64,000 nucleotides of DNA from Methanobacteriota archaeon. GTDB taxonomy: Archaea; Thermoplasmatota; Thermoplasmata; SG8-5; JAGLSY01. Numbering within the stretch: the first letter of the stretch is position 1; every line of letters starts with the position of its first letter. Positions 1 to 10,800 of this stretch are shown here, one piece after another. The notes beneath the pieces were generated by a model, which worked only from the letters and a program-made list of their open reading frames with translations, did not search any database and was not told the DNA's origin. The stretch spans positions 224,001-288,000 of the forward strand of contig JAEHCO010000002.1 of NCBI GenBank assembly GCA_020697715.1. Reading direction: 5' to 3'. A program made the translations under genes and the position numbers.

Positions 1-3000
1 ATAACTGTTCCTCTGGGTCAGGATATCGGAAATGTGGTGAATTTGGCAGTTCTTAATGACACGATGTTATTCAGCATTGATAATCCCAAGCATGGTGACA
101 TAGTTACCATATCCGCCGTGATCAGGAATACTGGATTGGATTATTCCTGGGTGGATGTATACTTCTACGACGGGAATATGTCAACCGCCCCTATCGGACA
201 TAATGAGATATTGATCTCCGGTGTTGATTCACAAACTGCTTTCATAGACTGGAGAGCGGCCCCTGGAGGTATACATCAGATATATGTGGAAGCTGTTGTA
301 AGAGCACCAAAGGAAGATTTCGATCCAACTGATAATTTCAATTGGACCAAGCTATCTGTTCTACCTACTATATTGTTAGTGGATGATGATAATCATGACA
401 ATGACAGGTCGGATGCAGATACTGTAAGTTTCATGCGTTCATCCCTTGAATCAGGTTCATTCCAGTATGATTATCTGAAAGTGGGCCAGAACCTGAATGG
501 ACCCGGTTATAATTATGGAAGTTACAGATTGCAGAATTATGACATCGTGATATGGATGACCGGGTATGAAAGCACAAGCACACTTACAATGGATGACCAG
601 GCCAATCTAAAGAGATACCTGACCGATACATCCAATGATAGGAACAATACTGGAAGTCTTTGGCTCATTGGGAATAACTGGTTGGAGGATCCCAACCTTG
701 ATGAGGCCTTCTCCAATTCAACATTCTTAAGGGATTATCTTCACATTGATTCTTCGGCTGCCATTGTATCGCCTGGCAATACAATGGCAGGCCTGAATTC
801 TCATATCATATCCAAAGAATGGACAACTACTGGCTCCAGTAAGCCTTTTGATATCATTAAGAGAGATGGAGGCGATGACACTCTTTACAATATAACTCGT
901 GCTCCTGTCGCTACTGGCTATGTGGAGGATATGCTTGTGGTGGGCAATGATACCACTGCCATAAATTATGAGAACAATATCCTGGATGAAAGAATTGTGG
1001 TGTTCCCTTGGGAATTCTCCAGAATAGATGATCCTTCGATACAGACACAGATGGCCTTCAAGGTCATTAGATGGCTGGGTGGTATCGATGAGACCCTTGG
1101 GAAGGATCTTGCCATATCCAGCCAGAAAATGTCTCTATCATATATCTTCTATCAACAAGAGGTCATGATAAGTGCCACGGTACGAAATAATGGCGAGGAG
1201 GCTCTTACCGGTGTCAAAGTTTTGATGTTCGTTGATGGTGAGGCACAACCAGACAGTGAGCGTATAATCTCACTTGAAGGAGATGGTGGAAGTCGTAGGG
1301 TATTTTTCAATTGGACTGCAAATGTTGTAGGACCACACACGATCAAATGGAAGGTTGACCCACTCGACATAATTCATGAGACCAATGAGAACAATAATGA
1401 GGTGTCGGATTATCTGACCACTGGCGAGCTTATCGTGGAGTTCAGGATATTGGTGGTAGATGATGATGATAGCTCGAACAATGGAGGGGGAGAATACAAT
1501 GAGACCAAGGTCATAAAAAATATCATGGACGATCTTGGATATGTCTATGAGAATCATACTGTCACCAATACCGGTATCAATGGTCCTGGCGCGGAAACAC
1601 TGGATGATTACAGTGCGGTCATATGGGTCACAGGTAATGCCAGTACGGATACTTTGACATTGGTGGACGAGGTCAATATCAAAGACTATATGAGAAATCA
1701 TAATGGCAGGCTCTGGCTAGTAGGTGCGAATTGCCTAGGAGATAGTGTGACCCCTGGATTCGAAGATATTGTATTTGGTATAGATGGCATAAATGATAAT
1801 GAACAACTGCCAGAAATTCTGAATGGGGTGGAGGACGATCCGATCACTCATGGTATGGAAATACAGATATCTGATGGCGACGGAGCCGATGCGGACACCA
1901 TAACTACAGGAACTGGGGCAAATGGCTTCCTGGCAGATGGTAATGAGTATTATGGAATAAGGTACTATTCCAATGTTTCTTCTTCTTTCAGTGCTGTTAT
2001 GACCATGTCCTTTATGAACATCGCTGGAAATACCCCGGGTTACATCAGTGGCAGTAATGCCAGATCTGAATTATTGTACATGATATTCCACTGGTTCCAG
2101 AAACCAGATATGAGAACTGAATTGAGAATAACCAACACAGATCTTTCAGTATCTGATCAAAATCCTGTATTGGGGGATGCGTATATCCTCCAGGCTACAG
2201 TGCATAATGCAGGATACGTTGAAGGAAATGCACTTATTCGCTTCATGGATGGCAATACCCAGATAGGATCTGACTCCATCAGCATAAGCCCAGATGATAC
2301 TACGACTGCCGAGGTAATATGGAGACCACTCTTTGCAGGAAATAGGAACATAACCGTCATGGTAGACCCATTCATTCCAGTATCTGAAGTACCGGAGATC
2401 TTCGAGTGGTTCAATAATAATATCACCATGCCCATTTACGTATACTTCTTCTGGGATGATATGGAGGACACGGCCAGTAGCTTGAATAAATGGAACCATT
2501 ACTCCACTATTGTCAATATCAATGGAGAGAATCCTATAGACTACTTCACGACCACCACAAATATGGACACGGATGTCATTTCGAATTGGGATGCCACAGC
2601 CAGCTATGGTGTGGATGTAGTCACGGACGAGTTCCATACTTACGACACTTCTTTCTTCATGGAGGAACCCACAGGGGCCTTTGGAGAGAAGGCGGATGTG
2701 CTGGTGGGTATAGTCATAGATAATTCACCTTCCATGGTTAACAGATTTTGTCCAGATGGCTCTGGCAGAACCTATCTCAGGGTGGCTATGGATGCTGCTA
2801 TCGGTATGGTCAATGAATTCACGGATGAATCCGCTGTAGGTGTTTACATATTCAAAGGTGCGAATGAAGAACAGCTTATCCAAATAACAGATCTAGCAGG
2901 AAATGGCAGGCAAACTGTCATAGATAAAATTAATACGATAAAGACCGAACAGGGAAACACCAATACAGCTATCTGGGATGCAATCGGATTCCAGTATGAT

Positions 3001-4566
3001 GAGGTGTGGCTGGCCAAGGCTCTGCCTAAATATGAAAAACATTATGCAGCTGTAGTATCATTGGGAGATGGAGCAGATTACCAGGCTTCTGATGATTCTG
3101 CCTACAAATTGCAGAGTATTGAATCTGGAAGCGATGTATGGGCTCCGTGGGGAGATATGGATGCCGAAGGTGGTTATCCAACCCAGAATTATCCAAATCA
3201 TCAAGGAAAATACTGGTTCTTTGAAGACGAACTACCTGGCATCTGGGAGACTGCTGGCAGTGGAGCATACAAACCAAACAGGAAAGGATTAATCAACTCA
3301 AATGTTCCGATCTACACCATAGGTCTTGCTTTGGAACACTATGATACACCTTATGAGAGTGCCCTGCCAGCATTCCCTGGTGACGGAACACAGGATACAA
3401 ATACCCATGTATTCGATACTGATTTTACAGAATCTGGTACAGTCGAGTACAATTTCTGGCGCATAGCCAATACCTCAGAGGCCGAGTACTTCTACTCGGA
3501 GGACGGCTCGGATCTCGAAGATATCTTCACCCAGATTGGCCAGATTATCGGAGCAACTGGTTTCAATCAAACAAGAGCTGTCGATGATGAGAATATAGAC
3601 AAGAGAGCGGTCACCGAGACCTTTAGCTTGACAGATATGGAGAGCGCGCAACTCAGTTTCTGGCATAAATACAACCTGATCCAGGGCGGTAATGGAGGTT
3701 TCCTCGAGGTCGCCTACAAGGACGACGCTGTGGATGGCAATGGCGACGGTGATCCTACCAATGACTGGGATTTCAAATACGTGGTCCCACCAGGCCAGTA
3801 TTCTGGTGGTTTGTATTACAATTACAATGTATCTGATGATTTCAACACCACGATAAAATGGTGCTGGAATGGTATCAGCGGAGGCGGGGCATTTACGTGG
3901 GATTACGTAAATGTTGATATATTATCTTACATCCCTGTTGGTTACAGGGACGAGGTCAGAATAGTCTTCAATTACACCCAATGGGGTGGCGGAATGGGTG
4001 AGGGATGGTGGATAGACGATGTCCAACTGAAGGTATCCCGATCGGATTCCGTATCCCCGATAGACCACAAAGATGTATGGGATCTTGTGAATATGACAGC
4101 TATGGGCAATACATCCCATAGTGGCGACTTCTGCTGGAGCAATATGGATCCCACAACTGGCTTTATGATGTCTGGTATTGACAATTCACTTCAGACCATG
4201 CCAATTGACCTTACTGGTGCCAAGAGTGCTTATCTTTCTGCCTATGTCAAGTTCAATATCAATACAGATGATGGCTACCCACCAGATGGCTTCAGGGTGG
4301 AGATCTCCAATAATGGAGGCATGACCTGGGATGCTATCAATCAAGGATACAGGACAGCCAGTGGAACAATGGATTGGACCTCGATAGGTGATCTTACCGA
4401 GATAAATGTTGACCTGACCAGTTGGCGTGGCTACCAGATAGTGATAAGGTTCAGAGTGTGTACGAATACCGATCCAGGATATGCTCACTATGCTGATGCC
4501 AGTTCTGATGGTGGATTCTATGTGGATGATGTCCAGGTCAAGGGCGAGTCCATTCATGGTGGCTGA
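1..4566 (+). CDS. Large extracellular/surface protein, 5'-truncated by the window edge: CARDB (Ig-like) repeats alternating with ILLVDDD-type alpha/beta domains, a VWA domain, and C-terminal jelly-roll (MAM/immune inhibitor A-like) domains
   Basis: The frame is open from base 1 (ITVPLGQDIGNVVN...). CARDB motifs 'ATVRNNG...VDPLDIIHETNENNN'; two ILLVDDD...YxxVIWxTG modules; VWA-like 'IVIDNSPSM...TAIWDAI...LGDGAD'; 'GWWIDDVQL' and 'GFYVDDVQV' ends. Confidence 0.75.
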   Translation: MTVPLGQDIGNVVNLAVLNDTMLFSIDNPKHGDIVTISAVIRNTGLDYSWVDVYFYDGNMSTAPIGHNEILISGVDSQTAFIDWRAAPGGIHQIYVEAVVRAPKEDFDPTDNFNWTKLSVLPTILLVDDDNHDNDRSDADTVSFMRSSLESGSFQYDYLKVGQNLNGPGYNYGSYRLQNYDIVIWMTGYESTSTLTMDDQANLKRYLTDTSNDRNNTGSLWLIGNNWLEDPNLDEAFSNSTFLRDYLHIDSSAAIVSPGNTMAGLNSHIISKEWTTTGSSKPFDIIKRDGGDDTLYNITRAPVATGYVEDMLVVGNDTTAINYENNILDERIVVFPWEFSRIDDPSIQTQMAFKVIRWLGGIDETLGKDLAISSQKMSLSYIFYQQEVMISATVRNNGEEALTGVKVLMFVDGEAQPDSERIISLEGDGGSRRVFFNWTANVVGPHTIKWKVDPLDIIHETNENNNEVSDYLTTGELIVEFRILVVDDDDSSNNGGGEYNETKVIKNIMDDLGYVYENHTVTNTGINGPGAETLDDYSAVIWVTGNASTDTLTLVDEVNIKDYMRNHNGRLWLVGANCLGDSVTPGFEDIVFGIDGINDNEQLPEILNGVEDDPITHGMEIQISDGDGADADTITTGTGANGFLADGNEYYGIRYYSNVSSSFSAVMTMSFMNIAGNTPGYISGSNARSELLYMIFHWFQKPDMRTELRITNTDLSVSDQNPVLGDAYILQATVHNAGYVEGNALIRFMDGNTQIGSDSISISPDDTTTAEVIWRPLFAGNRNITVMVDPFIPVSEVPEIFEWFNNNITMPIYVYFFWDDMEDTASSLNKWNHYSTIVNINGENPIDYFTTTTNMDTDVISNWDATASYGVDVVTDEFHTYDTSFFMEEPTGAFGEKADVLVGIVIDNSPSMVNRFCPDGSGRTYLRVAMDAAIGMVNEFTDESAVGVYIFKGANEEQLIQITDLAGNGRQTVIDKINTIKTEQGNTNTAIWDAIGFQYDEVWLAKALPKYEKHYAAVVSLGDGADYQASDDSAYKLQSIESGSDVWAPWGDMDAEGGYPTQNYPNHQGKYWFFEDELPGIWETAGSGAYKPNRKGLINSNVPIYTIGLALEHYDTPYESALPAFPGDGTQDTNTHVFDTDFTESGTVEYNFWRIANTSEAEYFYSEDGSDLEDIFTQIGQIIGATGFNQTRAVDDENIDKRAVTETFSLTDMESAQLSFWHKYNLIQGGNGGFLEVAYKDDAVDGNGDGDPTNDWDFKYVVPPGQYSGGLYYNYNVSDDFNTTIKWCWNGISGGGAFTWDYVNVDILSYIPVGYRDEVRIVFNYTQWGGGMGEGWWIDDVQLKVSRSDSVSPIDHKDVWDLVNMTAMGNTSHSGDFCWSNMDPTTGFMMSGIDNSLQTMPIDLTGAKSAYLSAYVKFNINTDDGYPPDGFRVEISNNGGMTWDAINQGYRTASGTMDWTSIGDLTEINVDLTSWRGYQIVIRFRVCTNTDPGYAHYADASSDGGFYVDDVQVKGESIHGG

Positions 4567-4581
4567 AAGGTTGGATAATGA

Positions 4582-7500
4582 ATGAAAAGGAATTATCATG
4601 TCCAGATAGTGATAGTAATACTGCTTCTATCCAGCCTGGGTACTGGTCTCTGGAATGGTCAGGGGACTGATGATGCCGGCCATGCTCCAGATACTTATCC
4701 GGATCAATTCCCCGAAGTAGAAAATGATGTGATATCCGATCCTGATAGCCTGGGGAAAGAAGGAACTAGACAGACCACTTTCAATTCCTATCATAATTAT
4801 AATGAGACTGTCAGTCTTCTTCAAGAGCTTGTAAATGAACATCGAAATATAGCAAGTCTGCATGATCTAGGAGATACATCTCAGGGCAGGGATATACTCG
4901 CTGTCAAGGTTTCGGATGATGTCGGAACAGATGATCCCAATGAGCCAGATATCCTTTACATGGGCGCACATCATGGCAATGAGCCCATTTCTGCCGAGGT
5001 TCCCCTGTATATTCTGGATTTCCTGCTTTCCAATTACCTGGACAATGGAACTGTCAGGAAGTGGATCGACACCAGGGAGATATGGTTCATACCCATGGTG
5101 AATCCCGACGGGATCGAGGCCGGAACCAGGAAGAATGCGAATCTTACTGGTGTGGACCTGAATAGAAATTATGGCTGGGAGTGGGGCACCCAGGGAGCAA
5201 GTGATGATCCTTATGATATCACATACCGTGGAGAGTATTCATTCTCCGAGTCTGAGACCAGGGCCATTCGTGATCTGGCCTTGGAAAAGCAATTTACACT
5301 TTCCATGTCCTTTCACAGCTATGGTCAGTTGGTCTATTACCCCTGGGGTAATTCCATAGATACCATATCTCCGCAAAGACGATTGCTGGAAAATATCAGT
5401 TCCGAGATCGGCGAGAGGAATGGCTATATGCCTGTGGAAGCGAACATGGATGGAACTTATATCACATCCGGAGATAGCGATGACTGGCTATATTCCGAAG
5501 GTGTTCTTCCCTTTACCATTGAACTTTCTACCGTGTATGAGCCTCCAGAACATGAGATACTTGGCATATGTGAGAATAATCTGGCATCATCTCTTTATCT
5601 TCTGGATATTGCGGATGATCCAAAAAGATCCCAGGAGGATGACTGGACCTTCATGGTCTACATGGCCGGAGACAATTCATTAAATTCGGAAGCTCTGGAT
5701 GATCTCAATGAGATGGAGGTCGGGGGGTCGACCCAGGATGTCAATATCATAGCACTCTTCGATGGTACGACCGGGGGAGATTCCAGGATATTTCAGATCA
5801 CCAAGGATCCTGGTGGTAATAATATCGGCATAGTCAGTCAGGTCATCGATGATCAGGGCGCGGTAATAGATCCTCTCACCAATGAGGTGGATATGAGCTC
5901 ATATTTGGTTTTGGATGACTTTGTTGATTGGACCATGGAAAACTATCCGGCTCAAAGAACCGCATTGATAATCTGGGATCATGGAAATGGTATCTTCGGA
6001 GGTCTGGCTCAGGATGGGATCAATCTGATGCCAACATGGGATATGAGGCAGGCACTAATTGGACATGACCTTGATATTGTGGGTATGGACCTATGCTGGC
6101 ATGGATGTGTGGAGACAGCCTATGAATTGGTAGGAATAGCGGATTTCTTTATCGGCTCCATAGCGGAGGAACCGTCAGATGGCTGGGACTACTCTGCCAT
6201 ATCCGAATTCCTGATAGGTGATCCGAATTCAGATGCCGAAGCACTATCTCGGGAGATCGTAGATAGCTATCGCATCTCTACATCCACGATACCCTGGGCA
6301 ACCTTGTCTGCGATGGATATGTATCTGTTCGAGAAGGACTTGATCCCCGATCTGAATGCTTTTTCAATAAGACTTCATGATCTGATGTACAATGAACAGG
6401 CCAGTATAAGGGCAGCACGGTCTCGATGCTCGGTCTTTGATATTAACAAACAATATTATGCAGATATAGGGGAATTCATCGATCAATTGTTGATAGAGAA
6501 TATTTCCACAAACCTGCAAGAATATGCTGTCAGTTTAAAATTCGATCTGGATAGAGCCACAATTGCTAGTTATTCAGGCCTCGCCTATCCGAACATAATG
6601 GGTCTGGGAATATACTTTCCAGAACAGAATTATAATAATTACTACAGCACGGAATTCCAGTTCTCGGATTCCGATTGGGTAGGTTTCCTTCCTGTGTTCA
6701 GGTCACCAGTTCAGACCCCGGTCTTGGAACATGATGGTATCTTGGATGTGGCGGAGATCGTTGGCACATTAATGTTCAATGTGACCATAATCGATGATAA
6801 CCTGGATACAGATGAACTATTCATCAATTATCGAACAGGAGGCAGTCTCTGGGAGAAGGAGGCCCTGGTAGGTTCTGGAAGCTCTTACTCGGCAAATATT
6901 ACCAGCTGGGGCATATACGGGATCGATTATTATTTCTCGGCCACTGACCTTACTGGAAATACGATCACCTATCCATATGGCATCAATCTCGGAAGCTCAG
7001 AATTCTTAACATATGAAATGACAGAAAGACCCACACTATCCATCAAGGCAATCGAGCATTCATCCAGCAATAGCACTTTGTCTGGAGATAATTTCACAAT
7101 ACGGGTGCAGATAGAGAATCAAGGAAGTACATTATTTACTGGAGTGAACGTGACACTTTTCATTCTGAATAATGGTAGCAGAAGATACCTGGATGATAGG
7201 ATATTGTCCATCCAGGCATGGGGGATGGCCAATGCCACCTTTGTCTGGGTTGCCGAATCCGGCGATCACACTCTACTAATGGATCTGTCCTTCCGCTTGG
7301 AAAGTCTTGATAATGTCACTCTCGATGTCCAAATCTCCGATCCCGTCATCACTGATGAGTTCATCACGGTGGAGGAGCTTGAGAATGAGCTGGATAGACT
7401 CTGGTTTGGAGTTATAATAGTGGTTGTCATGGCCATGATGATCTCTATGGGGACCCTGATGTGGGGCAAGCAGAATGTGAAAAAGAAGAAGAAGGTATTG

Positions 7501-7722
7501 GCTTTCAAGGCCATAGACAATGCCACGTATTATGTTAACAGCTTTGCTGATTTTGGAGCTGATATAAGCGATGCCTCCTGGAAGCTGGAAAAGGCCAGGG
7601 AGGCATTGTCTGAGAATAAATATGACAGTGCTTACAAACTGGCCCTGGAAGCAAAGAGATCTGTCGATCTTGATGAAATGAGAAATAAAGATGAGGTGCT
7701 GGGAGGGCTGGGTCATGAATGA
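4582..7722 (+). CDS. Membrane-anchored M14 zinc carboxypeptidase fused to a clostripain (C11) cysteine peptidase and Ig/CARDB domains
   Basis: N-terminal signal peptide. M14 motifs HHGNE, RKN, DLNRNY, FHSYG, TIEL; C11 motifs WTFMVYMAGDNSL, WDHGNG, DLC. C-terminal TM helix followed by KKKKK. Confidence 0.85.
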   Translation: MKRNYHVQIVIVILLLSSLGTGLWNGQGTDDAGHAPDTYPDQFPEVENDVISDPDSLGKEGTRQTTFNSYHNYNETVSLLQELVNEHRNIASLHDLGDTSQGRDILAVKVSDDVGTDDPNEPDILYMGAHHGNEPISAEVPLYILDFLLSNYLDNGTVRKWIDTREIWFIPMVNPDGIEAGTRKNANLTGVDLNRNYGWEWGTQGASDDPYDITYRGEYSFSESETRAIRDLALEKQFTLSMSFHSYGQLVYYPWGNSIDTISPQRRLLENISSEIGERNGYMPVEANMDGTYITSGDSDDWLYSEGVLPFTIELSTVYEPPEHEILGICENNLASSLYLLDIADDPKRSQEDDWTFMVYMAGDNSLNSEALDDLNEMEVGGSTQDVNIIALFDGTTGGDSRIFQITKDPGGNNIGIVSQVIDDQGAVIDPLTNEVDMSSYLVLDDFVDWTMENYPAQRTALIIWDHGNGIFGGLAQDGINLMPTWDMRQALIGHDLDIVGMDLCWHGCVETAYELVGIADFFIGSIAEEPSDGWDYSAISEFLIGDPNSDAEALSREIVDSYRISTSTIPWATLSAMDMYLFEKDLIPDLNAFSIRLHDLMYNEQASIRAARSRCSVFDINKQYYADIGEFIDQLLIENISTNLQEYAVSLKFDLDRATIASYSGLAYPNIMGLGIYFPEQNYNNYYSTEFQFSDSDWVGFLPVFRSPVQTPVLEHDGILDVAEIVGTLMFNVTIIDDNLDTDELFINYRTGGSLWEKEALVGSGSSYSANITSWGIYGIDYYFSATDLTGNTITYPYGINLGSSEFLTYEMTERPTLSIKAIEHSSSNSTLSGDNFTIRVQIENQGSTLFTGVNVTLFILNNGSRRYLDDRILSIQAWGMANATFVWVAESGDHTLLMDLSFRLESLDNVTLDVQISDPVITDEFITVEELENELDRLWFGVIIVVVMAMMISMGTLMWGKQNVKKKKKVLAFKAIDNATYYVNSFADFGADISDASWKLEKAREALSENKYDSAYKLALEAKRSVDLDEMRNKDEVLGGLGHE

Positions 7723-7890
7723 TGAACTTCCAACTCATTTTACAAATTATACAAATTACAACGATATTTTAGTTAATATGGGTAATATTACTAATAACAT
7801 ATATATACAATCAATGGTTACTATAAGTAATAACACACCAAACTTAAATTCTCTAATTATAGATTTAGAGAAAATACCAATCGGGGTGAC

Positions 7891-10800
7891 TTGATGAGAA
7901 GGGGAACACAGAATAGTGTGAATTTCGCAGGAAAATGTATGAGCATCATCATCGTGTGGTGCATGGTCTTGAGTGGTTTCATGGGCCTGTTCTTGGTCAA
8001 TGTGGGAACTGCCAGTGAGATCAATCCAAACACGATCAAGGAAGATCTGGTTGTTGACTCAGGTGACTTTGTCATAGAGAGTTTTCCCTGGGATCCACAA
8101 GGGAGCTGGATATATGATCTAGATGGCAGTGTAACTGTAACTGGAGCAAACTCATTGATATTGAAGAATTCTACATTGAACATACTTCAACTAGGCGCCT
8201 ACAGTCTGGATGTTTCAGCTGGTGGAACCATTAAAATGACAAATTCCACTATCACCACAGATTCTCTTGAATTCCTAAATGCCAGTTTTATTACAGGCTC
8301 AAATTTGATAATGGATGATAACTCGGCTCTTCTTTTCCCAGGAAACTTAACTTTTGATACCTCATCTGTTAATATAAAGGATTCTCAAATTATTAACCCG
8401 GTCATATATTTTGATACATGTACTGATGTGACCATTGCTGACTCTAAGATAGTGGTTCCAGGAAATGCTAATGGCTCATTCTATTTGGATAGCACAGAAA
8501 TGTCTATTATCAACACAGACATAAATTTTGATTATACTCTTGATAACAATACTAATTGCCAGATGAATCTAACTGCTGGCTCATATTTGTATGCCTATAA
8601 CATGACTGTTGGAGACCTTACAGAACCAATTTTTATCTTCGCTGATGCCGTCTCTGAAGTTTACTACTACAAATGGGCAGAGTTCTCAGTTGTTGACTCA
8701 AATAATAATCCAATATTCGGGGCTGGATTGAGTTGTGATTACCATCACACAGATGCCGCAGCCATCACCTATGTGGATAATATGAATAATCTGGCATTAG
8801 CTCCACATACAAATGCAGATGATCGGATGATAGATTATTTGAATAGAATATCACCAGACACCATCACCTCTGCAAACTATGATGTGACTAACAGTGATGG
8901 TATGGCTCTGATTCCTCTATTTACTACCCTTCATTCACAGGCTGAACAGGCAATAGATGTAGACGGACACCATTATGGAGAATATAATGTTGATGTCACT
9001 TATTCGGCAGAAACAGGCTACACCTATGTTGACTTTTCACCATATCCGGAAATTAAGTTGATAAATAATACTGTTGAGGCCCCGCCAGTTCAGATGACAG
9101 GTGTTACATTGACAAGGCCAGATCTCACACTCGTGCCAGGCGATATCACTTTCAATCCAGCTATGGATATCATGATCGGTGATTCTGTTGAGATCAATGT
9201 TACAATTAATAATGAAGAGATCACCAATGCACTGGATGTTTTCGTTCAGATATTTGATTATGATGATCTGTCTGGTATACCAACAGAGATATACAACACG
9301 ACCATAGCTTCAGTACCTGGTAATGATGATGTGTATTTTTTGATAGATTATATCTTCCTAGTGGGAGGCCTGCACGATATCATGGTGGTCATAGATTACA
9401 ATAATACAGTAATAGAAGAGAATGAGATGAATAACTCAGCTATTGCTTCTATCTATGTAACTCCAGACCTGCCCGAATTATCCATCGAGACCGCAAATAT
9501 TGGATTTTCACAGGAGAACGTCTCCTTTGATAATGAGATCACAATAACTGCCAGGGTTCGTAATAATGGAACATTGAATGGAACCAATGTGTTCGTATCT
9601 TTCTTTGATTCAGATCCAGACATGAATGGCGATGGAATCGTGGATAATAATGATGATGAACATTTCACTGTTATAGGCACAACTAATATTCCAAATATAA
9701 TGCCTGGTGAACTCATAACTACTTCGGTCAATTGGATACCTGAGATAGATGGAACATATACGATCTATGTTTGGGCGGATCCAAGCAATAGCTTCACCGA
9801 GTATTATGAGGATAATAACCTTGCATCCAGAGATATCATCATAACACCGAAACCAAACCCAACAATAACCAACTTCGCCTTTGATGATGATACTCCAATA
9901 ACTGGACAGACCGTTGAATTGTCATTGGATCTTATCAATATTGGAAACATCAATGCAACTGGAAATATCACAGTTGAATTCTATGATTATGATATGTACG
10001 GCAACCCTCTTGGACTGATCGGAACAGCACATATGAAAAGGGATCTGAACATGACCGAGACACACGTGATCTTGCAGGATTGGACACCAGTGAACATCGA
10101 TTATCATATGATACAGGTGATCGTGACCTCGGACAATGATGTTGATGAGGGAGACCTTACAGATAATGTATTCTACTTTGACATACTCGTATATGATGAT
10201 GGGTTCCAGGATCTTATAGTCAATAACACATTGCCTTTGTATTCTCCAATGGATCTTGAGATCATAGGAGACTACGGGCTGGATGGATATGCCCTTGTTG
10301 AAGAAAATGGCGTATTGACCATAGATTCCTCTACTTTCACCGTTAAGCAGGACTTTTCGTTCCAATTCAATATGATCGTCAAGGATAATGCGGTATTGAA
10401 TATTCTGGACACTTCGTTTTTGACAGCTGGTAGTTTCATGGAGCTTAATATCATGGATAATGCAGTTGTCAATATAGTTGGATCAAATCTGCCAACAACT
10501 CTCAATATCATCGCAGATGATTCTTCAACTGTGAATATCATTGGTTCAGTTATTGGTGGAATATTCAGCGCACCTGCTTCGGATGCGGATGTCACCCTCT
10601 ATGTGGAGAACTCCACCTTCTACAAACCTATGAATAATTTCGGTGGAACATCCACTGCACAACTTGTCGCATTGACAATGGCAATACCATCAATATTGGC
10701 ACAGGAATCCGCAAAGATAGAAATATACAGATGGCTGGATGTTCAGATATTGGACGCCAATGGATATCCATTGCCTGGAGCTGATGTTGATCTACATTAT

